The notes under the pieces: model-generated
Database searches by the model: none
Told to the model about the DNA's origin: nothing
Seen by the model: the letters and a program-made list of their open reading frames with translations, nothing else
Translations under genes and position numbers: made by a program
NCBI GenBank assembly: GCA_963706595.1
Contig: OY970166.1
Span: 1,056,001-1,120,000, forward strand
Origin: an uncultured cyanobacterium
Lineage (GTDB): Bacteria > Cyanobacteriota > Cyanobacteriia > Cyanobacteriales > Nostocaceae
Direction: 5' to 3'
Length of the DNA stretch: 64,000 nt
Part shown: positions 48,606 to 58,657 of the stretch, piece by piece
Layout of the letters: every line of letters begins with the position of its first letter
Position numbering within the stretch: the stretch's first letter is position 1

Positions 48606-48857
48606 TTAAGAGATACTAATCTTTGGCACTACTGTAACTTTAACCTCAGTTTCTTGTGTGATTTTGAAGGTATCATTATCATTTGTGTTGCTAGTATATT
48701 TCTTACTTTCATCATTATCTTTAGTGTATTTTCTGTCGCCATTATTCTTCTTAGTGTATTTTTCTTCTTCCTGACGTTTATTATTTTTCCAACCACAACC
48801 ACCAATAACATTTGCTGCTGTAACGGTTTCTAAGATGTTTAAATCAGAAATGAACAT
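48606..48857 (-). CDS. Small secreted protein with double-glycine leader and 10-aa KYT repeats
   Basis: AGGAG RBS; leader MFISDLNILETVTAANVIGG. Confidence 0.82.
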   Translation of the reverse strand: MFISDLNILETVTAANVIGGCGWKNNKRQEEEKYTKKNNGDRKYTKDNDESKKYTSNTNDNDTFKITQETEVKVTVVPKISIS

Positions 48858-48903
48858 TGAGTTTCTCCTGGGTTATTTACTGTTTTCTAGCCGTCTTTTG
48901 TGT

Positions 48904-48945
48904 TTGGCTATGTTTTTAATATATCCGATTATTCAACTAAGTCAA
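48904..48945 (-). promoter_or_regulatory. Putative promoter of the 83-aa precursor
   Basis: TTGACT-N16-TATATT-AAAAACATAGCCAA. Confidence 0.55.
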
Positions 48946-49205
48946 TATCTCATGCAACATCTTTTTTTTGAAAAATAATATTAATAGATGGTGCAATTTA
49001 ATATATTTCTAATAACCTATTCACGCCAAATTTAGGCAATATAATATATTGCCTAAAAACAGGAGTTTTTAAATAAATTAATTTTTATCCGGGATTAAAC
49101 AGTGTACAAGCACTATTTATTAGCCATCAGCCAATACACTTTGGTTAAGGCTAACTTTTTTTAAGCGAACCTCAGAGCCGAGAGGCCACAGAGTGTTACA
49201 TACTT

Positions 49206-49328
49206 ATACCAATTCTGTATGAAGATGCGCTGAATTATATGAGTAACGTTAGCGTAGCCTGCGCGTAGCGCATACCGCAAAGGATACAAAGAAAGAAATT
49301 CAGCGCAGCTTTACATAGAAAGGGTATT
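49206..49328. mobile_element. Probable MITE
   Basis: ataccaattctgtatgaagatgcgctgaatt ... aattcagcgcagctttacatagaaagggtat long imperfect inverted ends. Confidence 0.65.
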
Positions 49329-49361
49329 AGGTTTATTTGTGCCTACTTACTTAACTATAAA

Positions 49362-50141
49362 TTAGGTCTGCGTCAGCAATTCTTTCGGTGACTGTATCGT
49401 ATCTGCATCTAGCTGAGTAATTATTTCTATAGCATCAATTTGTTGCTTTAACCAACCAGTAAATAATTCTGTAATGATTTTTTCGCGTAAGGATTCATCT
49501 AATTGGGGTTGACTAATTTCTTCTACCCAAATTAAGTACACTTCTTTTGTAGTCGCAATTGGCTTGAGAATCTGCGGTGGAGTTGCAGCAAATACAGCAG
49601 CAGCAATTTCTGGGCGAAAATCTTTACGGTGTCGCCGTCCCTGATATCCATAAGTACCCCGATGTTCTGATTCGGGGATATATAGACGAGCAATTTCTGG
49701 AAAACTAATTTCTCCTTCTTCCACCGCATAAAACATTTCTAAAGCCAAGTCTTGATCATCAAAAATCACTTGATATGTTATGGCGGTGATATAATCTAGT
49801 TGATGTTCATAAAAGAATCGTTCCACTTGGGAATTAAATAGAAAATTTGCTAACTTTTTGGCAAGAATTTGGTTGTGGACTAATTCTTCAAACTCATTCA
49901 CAGAAAGATAGTTTTTCTCTAGCCATGTTAATGTATCTTGGGCTTTTACAAGCTTCTTAGCTAAACGTAATTTATCTCCTTCTTCCTGTATTTCTTCTGG
50001 TGTGACTGTAATTCCTGAGCGCTGGGCTACTTCTGCAATAATCTTTTGTGATGCGATCGCCTCTAAAAGAACAGGAACCTGCGATGATAGTTTCAGGCTG
50101 TGAATGATGTCTGAACTAGAAATAGACAAAATTTGAGTCAT
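49362..50141 (-). CDS. Parvulin/SurA-like peptidyl-prolyl isomerase (foldase) of peptide-export clusters
   Basis: Helical chaperone N-domain; LALEMFYAVEEGEISFPEIARLY, FRPEIAAAVFAA, LKPI rotamase-like motifs; directly after HlyD. Confidence 0.85.
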   Translation of the reverse strand: MTQILSISSSDIIHSLKLSSQVPVLLEAIASQKIIAEVAQRSGITVTPEEIQEEGDKLRLAKKLVKAQDTLTWLEKNYLSVNEFEELVHNQILAKKLANFLFNSQVERFFYEHQLDYITAITYQVIFDDQDLALEMFYAVEEGEISFPEIARLYIPESEHRGTYGYQGRRHRKDFRPEIAAAVFAATPPQILKPIATTKEVYLIWVEEISQPQLDESLREKIITELFTGWLKQQIDAIEIITQLDADTIQSPKELLTQT

Positions 50142-50194
50142 GATTCAATCCTTGTAGTAATTTTGCTATTTTTTGATGGCTCTACAAGCAATGA

Positions 50195-51748
50195 CTAAAG
50201 CTCTAAACCGTTTTTGTGCAATTTCTTAAACGGATCTAAAACAAAATCAATCACGCGTCGCTGACGCAAAATCACTTCAGCATTTGCTGTTTGTCCTGGG
50301 TTTAATGGAATACGTTTTGCACCACTTTGGACATAGTTCTGTTCTAAAACGATTTCTAACTCATAGGTTTCTATATTTCCTTGGGGTGTTTGATTAATTT
50401 TAGAGTCAGGAGAAATCCAAGCCACTTTACCTTCCACAATGCCATATTCCTGGAAAGGAAAGGCATCAAACTTGACTTTCACCGACATTCCCACATTTAA
50501 GAAGCCGCTATCCTGGATTGGTATATTCGCTTTGAGTACGATGGGACTATTTTGAGGTGCAATGTGAGCAATCCTTTGACCGACTTGTACCACCTCTCCC
50601 GGCTTCGTGACTGGTAACTCAAAAATTGTGCCATCAATAGGCGATCGCACCACACGTTGCTGCATTTGTAGATTTAAGGATGTAATTTTGCTCTGAGTTT
50701 GAGCAATTTCAGATTGTAAATTAGTAACCTGCGTCTCTAAACTTTTAAGTTGTTCTTGATATTTAAGCACAGCCAATTTACCAGATTTTAGTAAACTTTG
50801 ATGACTGTTTTTCTCGGCTTGAAGTTGATATTTTGCTTGTTCAATATCAGATTCCAACTGATTCATTGTCACCTGATAGCGGCTCGTTTCTTCAGCCAAG
50901 CGTAATTGTGCTTGTTTGACATCAGATTGCGCTCTGGAGTAAAGTCTTTTACTTTCTTGTTCTTCTTTTTTGAGTTGGTCAACTTGATTCGCCGAAACCG
51001 CACCATTGTTCACAAGTTGCTGAAAACGTTGGACTTGCCGGGAATCTATACTCAAACGACCTTGAGCCGACTGCTGGTCATTTTTAGCCGTTTGAATCTG
51101 CTGCTGTACCTGATTAACTAATGCTTGTATTTCTAACTTTTGCAGGTTATAAGTACTTTGTTTTAACCCTAGGTTTTGCTCTGCCTGGTTCACTTGAGAC
51201 ATTTTTTCTAAAGCTTGAAATTGGTTTTGTTGTTTCTGAATACTTAGTGTCAACTGAAGTTGGTTTTTTAGCACATCAAACTGCGCTTCTTGATTTAGCA
51301 GTGCGGAAAGTTTAGCTTCGGCTTGCTGAAGTTCCGTTTGCAAAATCTCAGTATCAAGTTCCATCAACACCTGTCCCATGGTTACAGTGTCGCCTGCTGT
51401 CACCTTCACAGCTTTGACACTTCCTCCGGCTTGTGAGTCCAATTTTTGTGTTGCACCTTGAGGTTCTATGCGTCCTCTGGCGCTACCAGTTTCATCTACT
51501 TTTGAGAAAGTTGCCCAAGGTAAAGCTAGAGATGCAAAGCCTACCAGCACATAAAACACACCACGAGTCCAGACTTTTGGTAAAGCATCTAGCAGTTCTT
51601 CAGTACCGTAATATAAATCTTCGGTATTACCTTCTGGAATGGTCTTGTTAAATTTAGTAGTTTCTTCGCTGGGTTGAATATAAACTTTATAGTCTTCTTG
51701 CTCTTTTTTGAGAAGTAGAGATGAGGCATTAGGAAAGGTATTAGGCAT
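50195..51748 (-). CDS. HlyD family type I secretion adaptor
   Basis: TM, VDETGSARGRIEP, long coiled coil, VRSPIDGTI, VKVKFDAFPFQEYG, LNPGQTANAEV. Confidence 0.95.
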   Translation of the reverse strand: MPNTFPNASSLLLKKEQEDYKVYIQPSEETTKFNKTIPEGNTEDLYYGTEELLDALPKVWTRGVFYVLVGFASLALPWATFSKVDETGSARGRIEPQGATQKLDSQAGGSVKAVKVTAGDTVTMGQVLMELDTEILQTELQQAEAKLSALLNQEAQFDVLKNQLQLTLSIQKQQNQFQALEKMSQVNQAEQNLGLKQSTYNLQKLEIQALVNQVQQQIQTAKNDQQSAQGRLSIDSRQVQRFQQLVNNGAVSANQVDQLKKEEQESKRLYSRAQSDVKQAQLRLAEETSRYQVTMNQLESDIEQAKYQLQAEKNSHQSLLKSGKLAVLKYQEQLKSLETQVTNLQSEIAQTQSKITSLNLQMQQRVVRSPIDGTIFELPVTKPGEVVQVGQRIAHIAPQNSPIVLKANIPIQDSGFLNVGMSVKVKFDAFPFQEYGIVEGKVAWISPDSKINQTPQGNIETYELEIVLEQNYVQSGAKRIPLNPGQTANAEVILRQRRVIDFVLDPFKKLHKNGLEL

Positions 51749-51844
51749 GATTTTATGGGGAGTGGGGAGTGGGGGGAAGAGGCAGGGGTGCAGGGTGCAG
51801 GGTGCAGGGGGGAAAGAGGCAGAGATGCAATTGTCTGAGTGAAA

Positions 51845-54800
51845 TTAAACTACTTGAGCTAATTGTTGTTGATTGAGATAGTAGTAATGTCCTTGTTTAG
51901 CAATTAGTTCTTCGTGAGTACCGCTTTCTACTAATACGCCTCGATCTAAAACTAAAATTAGATCGGCATTACGGACTGTGGAAAGGCGATGGGCAATAAT
52001 GACGCTGGTACGCCCTTGAAGAATTGTTTTGAGGTTGTTCTGAATAATTCTTTCTGATTCTGAGTCTAGGTGACTGGTGGCTTCATCAAAGAGTAATAGC
52101 CGGGGGTTGCCGAGTAAGGCTCTAGCAATGGCGAGGCGTTGGCGTTGTCCACCAGAAAGCATTCCGCCACTTTCGCCAATTTGGGATTCATAACCCATTG
52201 GCATTTGCTGAATAAATTCATCTGCACCAGCCCATCGTGCGGCTTGTGCAATTTCTTCTAAGGTGGCTTCTGGGTGGGCGATGCCAATGTTTTCTCGAAC
52301 TGTGCCACCAAATAGAAAGGTATCTTGATCAACTACACCTATTTGACATCGCAGCGATCGCAAGGCAATATTATTCACATCAAAGCCATCAATTAAAACT
52401 TTGCCATCTGTTGGTGGGTATAAACCTAAAATCAATTTGCTCAAGGTGGTTTTTCCCGAACCACTCCGCCCCACCACCGCTACCATTTGCTCTGGCTGGA
52501 TTTCAAAGTTGATATTTTCCAGCACGTTAGTCTCACTTTCAGCATGATAACGAAATGTGACATTTTTAAAGCAAATCCGGCCATTTAGTCTCTCTAGAGG
52601 CTTGCGGGGTTTCTTCTGCAAGTCTTCTTCTGGTTCGGCTTCTAAAACATCATTAATCCGTTCTGTAGAAATAATAATTTCCTGTAATCCATTCCACAGC
52701 ATCGATAACCTTTGAAAAGGACTCAAGACGTTACCCACCAACATATTGAAAGCTACTAACTGCCCCATTGTCAGTTCCCCTTGAATGACTTGCCATGCGC
52801 CAAACCACATTAAGGAAGCATTGACAAATGTTTGAATAACGCCACTAAGGATTTGTAGGCGATTACCTATCACTTGGGCATGAAAGCCTTTTTTTACCAA
52901 ATCATTCAGCAACTCTTCCCAATGCCAGCGTACCGTCTGTTCAATGGCTAATGAACGCACTGTGCGAATGCCTGACAGAGATTCAATCAGATAACTGTTT
53001 TCTTTGGCTCCAGCATTAAAAATCTCTCTGGAAATGCGACGCAAAATATTTGTGCTAGCCAGTGCGAGAATAAAAAATGGCGGCACTGTTAATAGTACGA
53101 ATAAGGTCATGCGCCAGCTATACCAAAACATCATGCTCAGATAAATCACTAATGTCAGCAGATCCAGGATGATTGATAAAGTCTCGCCGGTCAGGAAGCG
53201 CTGAATTTTTTGATTTTCTTGAATGCGAGAAACAATATCACCCACATAACGCGACTCGAAATAAGCCAGGGGTAAGCGGAAGGTATGTTTAATAAAACCC
53301 ACAAGTAGGGAGATGCTGACGCGATTGGCTGTGTGATCTAGCAGATATTGCCGCACGGCGTTCATGGCGATCCCAAATAAACCAAAAACGATCATCCCTA
53401 TACCTACGGCGTTTAAAGTAGGAATGCTGCCTTGCACCAGGACTCGATCTAGTAATAGTTGGGTGAAGACTGGCGTTACTAGTCCGAATATTTGCATCAG
53501 CACACTGGCGATGAAGACTTCTATCAGGACTGCATAGTGAGGTTTAATTAACTCAAAGAATTTCCAAAAGTTGGCTTTCTCGTTCTTAGTTTGTTTGAGT
53601 AACTCTGTCGGTTGCAGTAATAAGGCATAACCAGTCCAACCTGCATTAAATTGGCTTCTGGTAAGGCTAACTTGACCGATAGCGGGGTCTCCGACGATTA
53701 CACGCTTTTTGGTGATTTGATAAACGACAATGAAGTGGTTGCCTTCCCAGTGTGCGATCGCAGGTAAAGCTTGTTCGGCAAACTTATCGAAGGTAGCTTT
53801 CACAGGACGGGTGGCAAAACCGAGGTTTTCTCCCACTGTGGCTAAGGCACGTAGAGATGCACCACTGCGGCTAACGTTGGTCATATCCCGCAAGCGATTC
53901 ACACTAAACTGCTTACCCCAATATTTACCAATCATCACTAAGCAAGCAGAGCCACAATCTGCGGCACTTTGTTGAGCATAAAAGGGATAGCGTTTGCTCA
54001 GGCGTTTCCACCAATGCCCCATTTGCACTTTCGGGCTGGGAAAGTAAGGAAGTGGTTTATTTTGCTGTTCTTGTGATTTTGCTTCTCGTTGGGGAAAGGG
54101 GATAACTTTGGCTATGGGGTATGGGCTTGGTTTTTTGGATGGGGAAGAGTCCTTTCTATGGGTCTGATTTCCAGTCTCCGAAGTCGGGTATTGTCTAGAC
54201 TCAGGGACAAATGCCGCTAAGGCTGGGCAGTGTTCCAGTACATTTTGCCAGTTGGAATCTTTGAGAATGTAAGCAATTGTCGGTTGTATGGCCTGCCAAT
54301 GACCCTGTTTTGGTTCCGCAGAGATTTGGGCTGGTGTCAGGGATTTACCCTCAGAATGCAGTAGTTGACCTTTGTACAACAACCATAATTGGGAATCGGG
54401 GAATTGTGTATTTACAGAGCCAATTTCTAGTTGGTGTCGCTCAAACAGGGATAAAGCCTTGAGCATGGAATGAAATTGACTGGGATGTGCAGGAAATTGT
54501 GAGTTTTGGCGACATGAAAGCAGTAAATCCCATATTTCTGCACGAGAGAACAAGCGATCGCGAATTTGAGGATATTTGTCCATCAATCCTTGCAATACCT
54601 CTTGTCTGAGATACCCAAGTTCTAAATTTGTCGAGGCTCTGGCGGTGTAATCACTAAAGTTTGACTCTGGGAACAAAGTCATTTCACCAAATGAAGACCA
54701 TGCTGATAAAGTCGTGATTAAATCATCAGAACTATCTGATAATCTGACTTTACCGGCAAGAATGACATAAATACCAGCCTTCATTTCTGCGGATTGCCAG

Positions 54801-54934
54801 AACTGCTTTGTTACTGGTGGCTCCACAAGTTCCATAGATGCCAAACAGTTTTGCAGTTCTTGTTTTAAAAGCGTCTCTCCCAAAACGTAAGTTAGTTTTT
54901 CACCTAGATGTTGCGGGGAAAATACCGTTGTCAT
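51845..54934 (-). CDS. Peptidase-containing ABC transporter (cNMP-binding-like + C39 peptidase + ABC membrane + ATPase)
   Basis: GIYVILAGKVRL/SFGEMTLF cNMP-like domain; QQSAADCG (Cys), GNHFIV (His), VGDP (Asp); GRSGSGKTT, LSGGQRQR, DEATSHLD. Confidence 0.96.
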   Translation of the reverse strand: MTTVFSPQHLGEKLTYVLGETLLKQELQNCLASMELVEPPVTKQFWQSAEMKAGIYVILAGKVRLSDSSDDLITTLSAWSSFGEMTLFPESNFSDYTARASTNLELGYLRQEVLQGLMDKYPQIRDRLFSRAEIWDLLLSCRQNSQFPAHPSQFHSMLKALSLFERHQLEIGSVNTQFPDSQLWLLYKGQLLHSEGKSLTPAQISAEPKQGHWQAIQPTIAYILKDSNWQNVLEHCPALAAFVPESRQYPTSETGNQTHRKDSSPSKKPSPYPIAKVIPFPQREAKSQEQQNKPLPYFPSPKVQMGHWWKRLSKRYPFYAQQSAADCGSACLVMIGKYWGKQFSVNRLRDMTNVSRSGASLRALATVGENLGFATRPVKATFDKFAEQALPAIAHWEGNHFIVVYQITKKRVIVGDPAIGQVSLTRSQFNAGWTGYALLLQPTELLKQTKNEKANFWKFFELIKPHYAVLIEVFIASVLMQIFGLVTPVFTQLLLDRVLVQGSIPTLNAVGIGMIVFGLFGIAMNAVRQYLLDHTANRVSISLLVGFIKHTFRLPLAYFESRYVGDIVSRIQENQKIQRFLTGETLSIILDLLTLVIYLSMMFWYSWRMTLFVLLTVPPFFILALASTNILRRISREIFNAGAKENSYLIESLSGIRTVRSLAIEQTVRWHWEELLNDLVKKGFHAQVIGNRLQILSGVIQTFVNASLMWFGAWQVIQGELTMGQLVAFNMLVGNVLSPFQRLSMLWNGLQEIIISTERINDVLEAEPEEDLQKKPRKPLERLNGRICFKNVTFRYHAESETNVLENINFEIQPEQMVAVVGRSGSGKTTLSKLILGLYPPTDGKVLIDGFDVNNIALRSLRCQIGVVDQDTFLFGGTVRENIGIAHPEATLEEIAQAARWAGADEFIQQMPMGYESQIGESGGMLSGGQRQRLAIARALLGNPRLLLFDEATSHLDSESERIIQNNLKTILQGRTSVIIAHRLSTVRNADLILVLDRGVLVESGTHEELIAKQGHYYYLNQQQLAQVV

Positions 54935-55367
54935 AACCTAACCTCCAAAACAGAATTAGTTACTGGTCTACATCAGACTGAATAACTAATCAAAACTGGG
55001 TGAATGGCAAAAACCTGATTGCGGCTAAAATTTGTGTGTAAATCACAACTATTGAGTTATTCTGATTGATCCTGATCATCTCAACTATTGTCCATTCCGG
55101 GATTTCGCAATCACAAACATCCTCAATTTCCTTATGGGATGGGTGTTATATCGTGTTCGGGGAAAGACTTATCATTAAGGCCGCAGGGGTGCAGGGTGCA
55201 GGGAGCAGGGGGAAAGAGGATTTTACGTTTTTTGCACAGAGGTGGGAATTAGAACTAATTAGGCGAACATGATATTACTACCCGTCCCATTTTTCAGGTT
55301 GGCAAGATGCTCAACGCCACCAAATGGACAATTTATTTGTGAAAAATCCCTAATTCAACAACGATGT

Positions 55368-55493
55368 TAAGTAAGTGGATAAAAATAAATCAAACTTTGT
55401 TACGAAGGATTTAATCCGGACAATATTAGAAATAACTGTTAAAGCACCCATGACCAGCGATTAGTAAATTTAAGGTTTGTTTTCACCTACTTA
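55368..55493. mobile_element. Probable MITE with TAAGTA(G/A)GTG ends
   Basis: taagtaagtggataaaa ... ttttcacctactta. Confidence 0.5.
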
Positions 55494-55972
55494 GTTAGTT
55501 GATCAAATGAGTATCTCGTCGTTGTATCAGCCTAAAAATTAGATTTCAGTAATTGTAAATTGGATGCTTTTTGCAACCCATAATTGCTAGTAATATTGTC
55601 CTCGACTATCAATTGTTTAACAGGTTTTTAGTCTTTGTGTCATGCCACACTGGCACAACTTTGGTGAATCACCATATTTTTCTTTTTATATAAAATATTT
55701 ATATCTGTTATAGTCTATTTAGAAAAATTTTTATTCAAAATGTTAATAAATCAATTGAAAAAACGTAGAAATATGAATTGAGGGCTACCGTGTACACACA
55801 AGTCGGGAAATATTACCTGCACTCATTTTCTTTTGCTAGGGTGCGTTATGGACTTTAGTCCTAACGCACCGAAAATCTGGGACTTTCAACCCAATTTTTC
55901 GGTAATATTTTTACTTGAAGTGTCGCCGTGGTAGTTGAAGAGAAAAATTCTGAAAACCCTGCCTCAAAATAA

Positions 55973-56150
55973 GCAGGGGAGCAGGGAGCAGGGGGGAGTT
56001 AAGAGGCAGGGGAGCGGGGAGCGGGGAGCAAGGGGGAGTAATAAATTACTTTAAACTTCCGGTTACTTAACAACCATTCCTCTTCTCCCCTGCCCCCTGC
56101 ACCCTGCCCCCGTTCCCCCTGAACCCTGCACCCTTCCCCTCTGCCTCTTC
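55973..56150. repeat. GC-rich composite repeat (inverted relative to the cobD insert)
   Basis: gcagggga array, ttactttaaacttccggttacttaacaaccattcctcttctcccc, cccctgc array. Confidence 0.88.
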
Positions 56151-56158
56151 GGTAACTG

Positions 56159-56677
56159 TTAAACTTTGACTTCTAAAGACTTCAGCAACTCAGTATTTAC
56201 ACCCGATTCACGGGTCAGGGCAATTTTGCCAGTGCGGGCGATTTCCCTCAGACCAAATTTTTGTAACACTTGGACGATGGCTACCATCTTACCAGGATCT
56301 CCCACAACTTCGAGAGTGACAGAATCTTCGGATACATCTACCACTCGCGCCCTGAAAATTTGCGCTAATTCGACTACTTCTGAGCGATTGCTACTAGTAG
56401 CATTCACTTTTAAAAGCATCAATTCTCGCTCTACACAAGGAGTTTCGGTGATGTCTTGGACTTTGAGAACGTTGACCAATTTATACAGTTGCTTGGTGAG
56501 TTGCTCAATCACGCGATCGTCTCCGGGTACAATCATCGTAATGCGGGAAACTCCTCCTTGCTCTGCTGGACCAACGGCGAGGCTTTCTATATTAAAGCCA
56601 CGACGCGCAAATAAACTAGAGATACGGGACAGAACACCCGCCTCATCTTCTACCAAAACGGAAAGGGTATGTTTCAT
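56159..56677 (-). CDS. ilvN: Acetolactate synthase small subunit
   Basis: [53 protein letters not shown]. Confidence 0.97.
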   Translation of the reverse strand: MKHTLSVLVEDEAGVLSRISSLFARRGFNIESLAVGPAEQGGVSRITMIVPGDDRVIEQLTKQLYKLVNVLKVQDITETPCVERELMLLKVNATSSNRSEVVELAQIFRARVVDVSEDSVTLEVVGDPGKMVAIVQVLQKFGLREIARTGKIALTRESGVNTELLKSLEVKV

Positions 56678-56909
56678 CTTCGCCAAAACAAGCTCAGGCA
56701 AGCATTCTCAGCTTTGCCATCTATGTATCATAGTAATCCAAAACAAATTTAAACTCAATAGTTCGACTCATGGCATTTTTGTAAAAATCACACCCAAAGC
56801 CGATACCTTTGGGGCTGCATATCTTTTCGCGGGCAGATGTGGATGATTTGTCAAGCTTTTATCCTGGGGATATCATGGGTATTTAACTGAAAGTGGGAGA
56901 AAAGTTGTT

Positions 56910-57278
56910 ATGGCTTGGTTAAAAAGACTTTTTGGATTAGAGAAACCGCAAAATGCTCAAGTAAATCCTACACCGCAGCAAGTACCGCCAAGTTCTACTA
57001 CTAGCGCGGCTCCTGCTACTACCAAATCAATTCCGCCAGAACGTTTAGGATTGAATGGAGAATATGACCAAAGTGGTTTAGCCAAGCGGGTGGCGTTGGC
57101 GTTTGATCAAGATTCGCAACTGGGGGATATTGATACTCTCTGGGTGGCTCAGACAAGCAGCACTGTGGTCCTAAAAGGTAAAGTTCCCAGCCAGGAAATG
57201 CTCAATAAGATGGTTGCTGCGGCGCGTTCAGTTGCTGGTGCTACAGGTGTGAACACCGATGAAGTCACTGTGGGATAA
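56910..57278 (+). CDS. BON-domain (phospholipid-binding) protein
   Basis: GLNGEYDQSGLAKRVALAFD, VVLKGKVPS, V.GATGVNTDEV. Confidence 0.82.
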   Translation: MAWLKRLFGLEKPQNAQVNPTPQQVPPSSTTSAAPATTKSIPPERLGLNGEYDQSGLAKRVALAFDQDSQLGDIDTLWVAQTSSTVVLKGKVPSQEMLNKMVAAARSVAGATGVNTDEVTVG

Positions 57279-57373
57279 TTCGTAATTCGTAATGCTCCCT
57301 TTGGGAGAGCTACGCTAACGTAATTCGTAATGTCTCTTTTCCTGCGGAGTGTCAAGCTAAAGTAATTACGGTT

Positions 57374-58330
57374 TTATTCATGGGGAATGAGTGGCTTGTC
57401 GGGGCTGTGCTGCGCTGGTGGCTGGGTGTTGTTATGTCTGTTGATCCAGTCTAGAATCACCTGATTAACTTTTTCTGGGCATTCATCATGGGGACAATGG
57501 CCGACATCTTCTAAGCTGAGTAGTTCGAGTTTGTCGTTGTATTGAGTAAATCTCTGTGCAAGTACAGGTGGAACGAATTTGTCCTTTTGTCCCCAAATCA
57601 ACAGCATTGGCACTGTTAAGGTTGGTAGTATGGCTTTAACACTAGGACTAAAGTTAACAGCGATCGCAGCTCTAAACAAGGCACTAAAAGCCCGCGCCGA
57701 ACCTCTATCTTGGGGAGGTCCTGCTAAAATGTCCACCAGTTCATCGGTGATGGCTTCAGGATTAGCATAAGCCAGACTAGCCCAGCGACGCACAAATCCC
57801 GGTCGGCGCACGATGTTAAATATCGGTTTGAGTATCAACGGAGAAGCAACCATCTTTTTAATTCCCATGACCACAGGTCGCAGGAAAGGCGGAATAGCTT
57901 CTTGTTCTAAAGATGGGTCGGGTAAACTCATCATCACTATCCCCTTCACCATTTCTGGATGAGCGGCGGCGGCGGCTAAAGAAATTAGTGAGCCGTTGGA
58001 GTTACCGATTAATATGACAGGTTGACGGATAAATGCTTGCCAAAATTCGTAGACCTGCTCTACCCACAGTTCTATACTGTAATTAGCTGGCGCTTTTTGG
58101 GAAGCCCCAAAACCCAGCATATCGAGGGCGTAAACGGTATGGTGTTCGCCTAAGACTGCTAAATTATGTCGCCAATGACCAATAGAAGCACCAAAACCGT
58201 GTAGCAGGATTAAGGGCGTTGTTGATTTATTTTGGCTCGGTCGGATATAGGTGTAACGCGTTTGCCAGCCTCGCCAAACCCAATCTCTTTGATTACCAAC
58301 CCTTTGTTGCCAGTGTACCGTAGTGGTCAC
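57374..58330 (-). CDS. Alpha/beta fold hydrolase
   Basis: LLHGFGASIGHWR, ALDMLGFG, GNSNG nucleophile elbow, WGQKD, GHCPHDE. GTG start with GGAGG RBS; the longer ORF-track start lies in a REP. Confidence 0.92.
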   Translation of the reverse strand: MTTTVHWQQRVGNQRDWVWRGWQTRYTYIRPSQNKSTTPLILLHGFGASIGHWRHNLAVLGEHHTVYALDMLGFGASQKAPANYSIELWVEQVYEFWQAFIRQPVILIGNSNGSLISLAAAAAHPEMVKGIVMMSLPDPSLEQEAIPPFLRPVVMGIKKMVASPLILKPIFNIVRRPGFVRRWASLAYANPEAITDELVDILAGPPQDRGSARAFSALFRAAIAVNFSPSVKAILPTLTVPMLLIWGQKDKFVPPVLAQRFTQYNDKLELLSLEDVGHCPHDECPEKVNQVILDWINRHNNTQPPAQHSPDKPLIPHE

Positions 58331-58350
58331 GTTTGCCTCCGATTTATGAA

Positions 58351-58387
58351 CCCCACCCCCAGCCCCTCCCCGCAAGCGAGGAGGGGG
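58351..58387. repeat. REP-like GC-rich hairpin repeat, reverse copy
   Basis: ccccacccccagcccctccccgcaagcgaggagggg. Confidence 0.85.
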
Positions 58388-58519
58388 GTTTGAATGAATT
58401 TAATTTGGCGGGTGTGATGAAGTGAGTATGTTACCTATATCTTTAAGATACTGGGATTTTGAGGCTTTTGTTGGGAAAGGTTGCTATTAGTTCGATTCCT
58501 GCAAAGATAAGGGACACTT

Positions 58520-58657
58520 AGGGACTTCTAAGAAATAAATTATCCGGATTAATGTTCGCGAAGCGCATACCGCAGAGGCGCAGAGGACACAGAGGAGTAA
58601 GGGTTTGAGAGATTTTTTACGTTAGGTGGTTGAGTGTTTTTTTATTTGGAAGTCCCT
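58520..58657. mobile_element. MITE with AGGGACTTC ends
   Basis: agggacttctaagaaataaa ... tttatttggaagtccct; a lone matching end lies at about 23955. Confidence 0.7.

Noticed and set aside
48334..48833. Plus-strand ORFs of 68 and 103 aa as immunity proteins
   Set aside because: The 103-aa hydrophobic ORF is the antisense of the Lys/Asn-rich precursor; the 68-aa ORF has a TTG start and no RBS.
47295..54934. Lanthipeptide or other modified RiPP cluster, or hetC itself
   Set aside because: No modification enzymes in the window, cores nearly Cys-free, leaders do not resemble Nif11/NHLP types, and no hetP context. Enzymes encoded elsewhere cannot be excluded.
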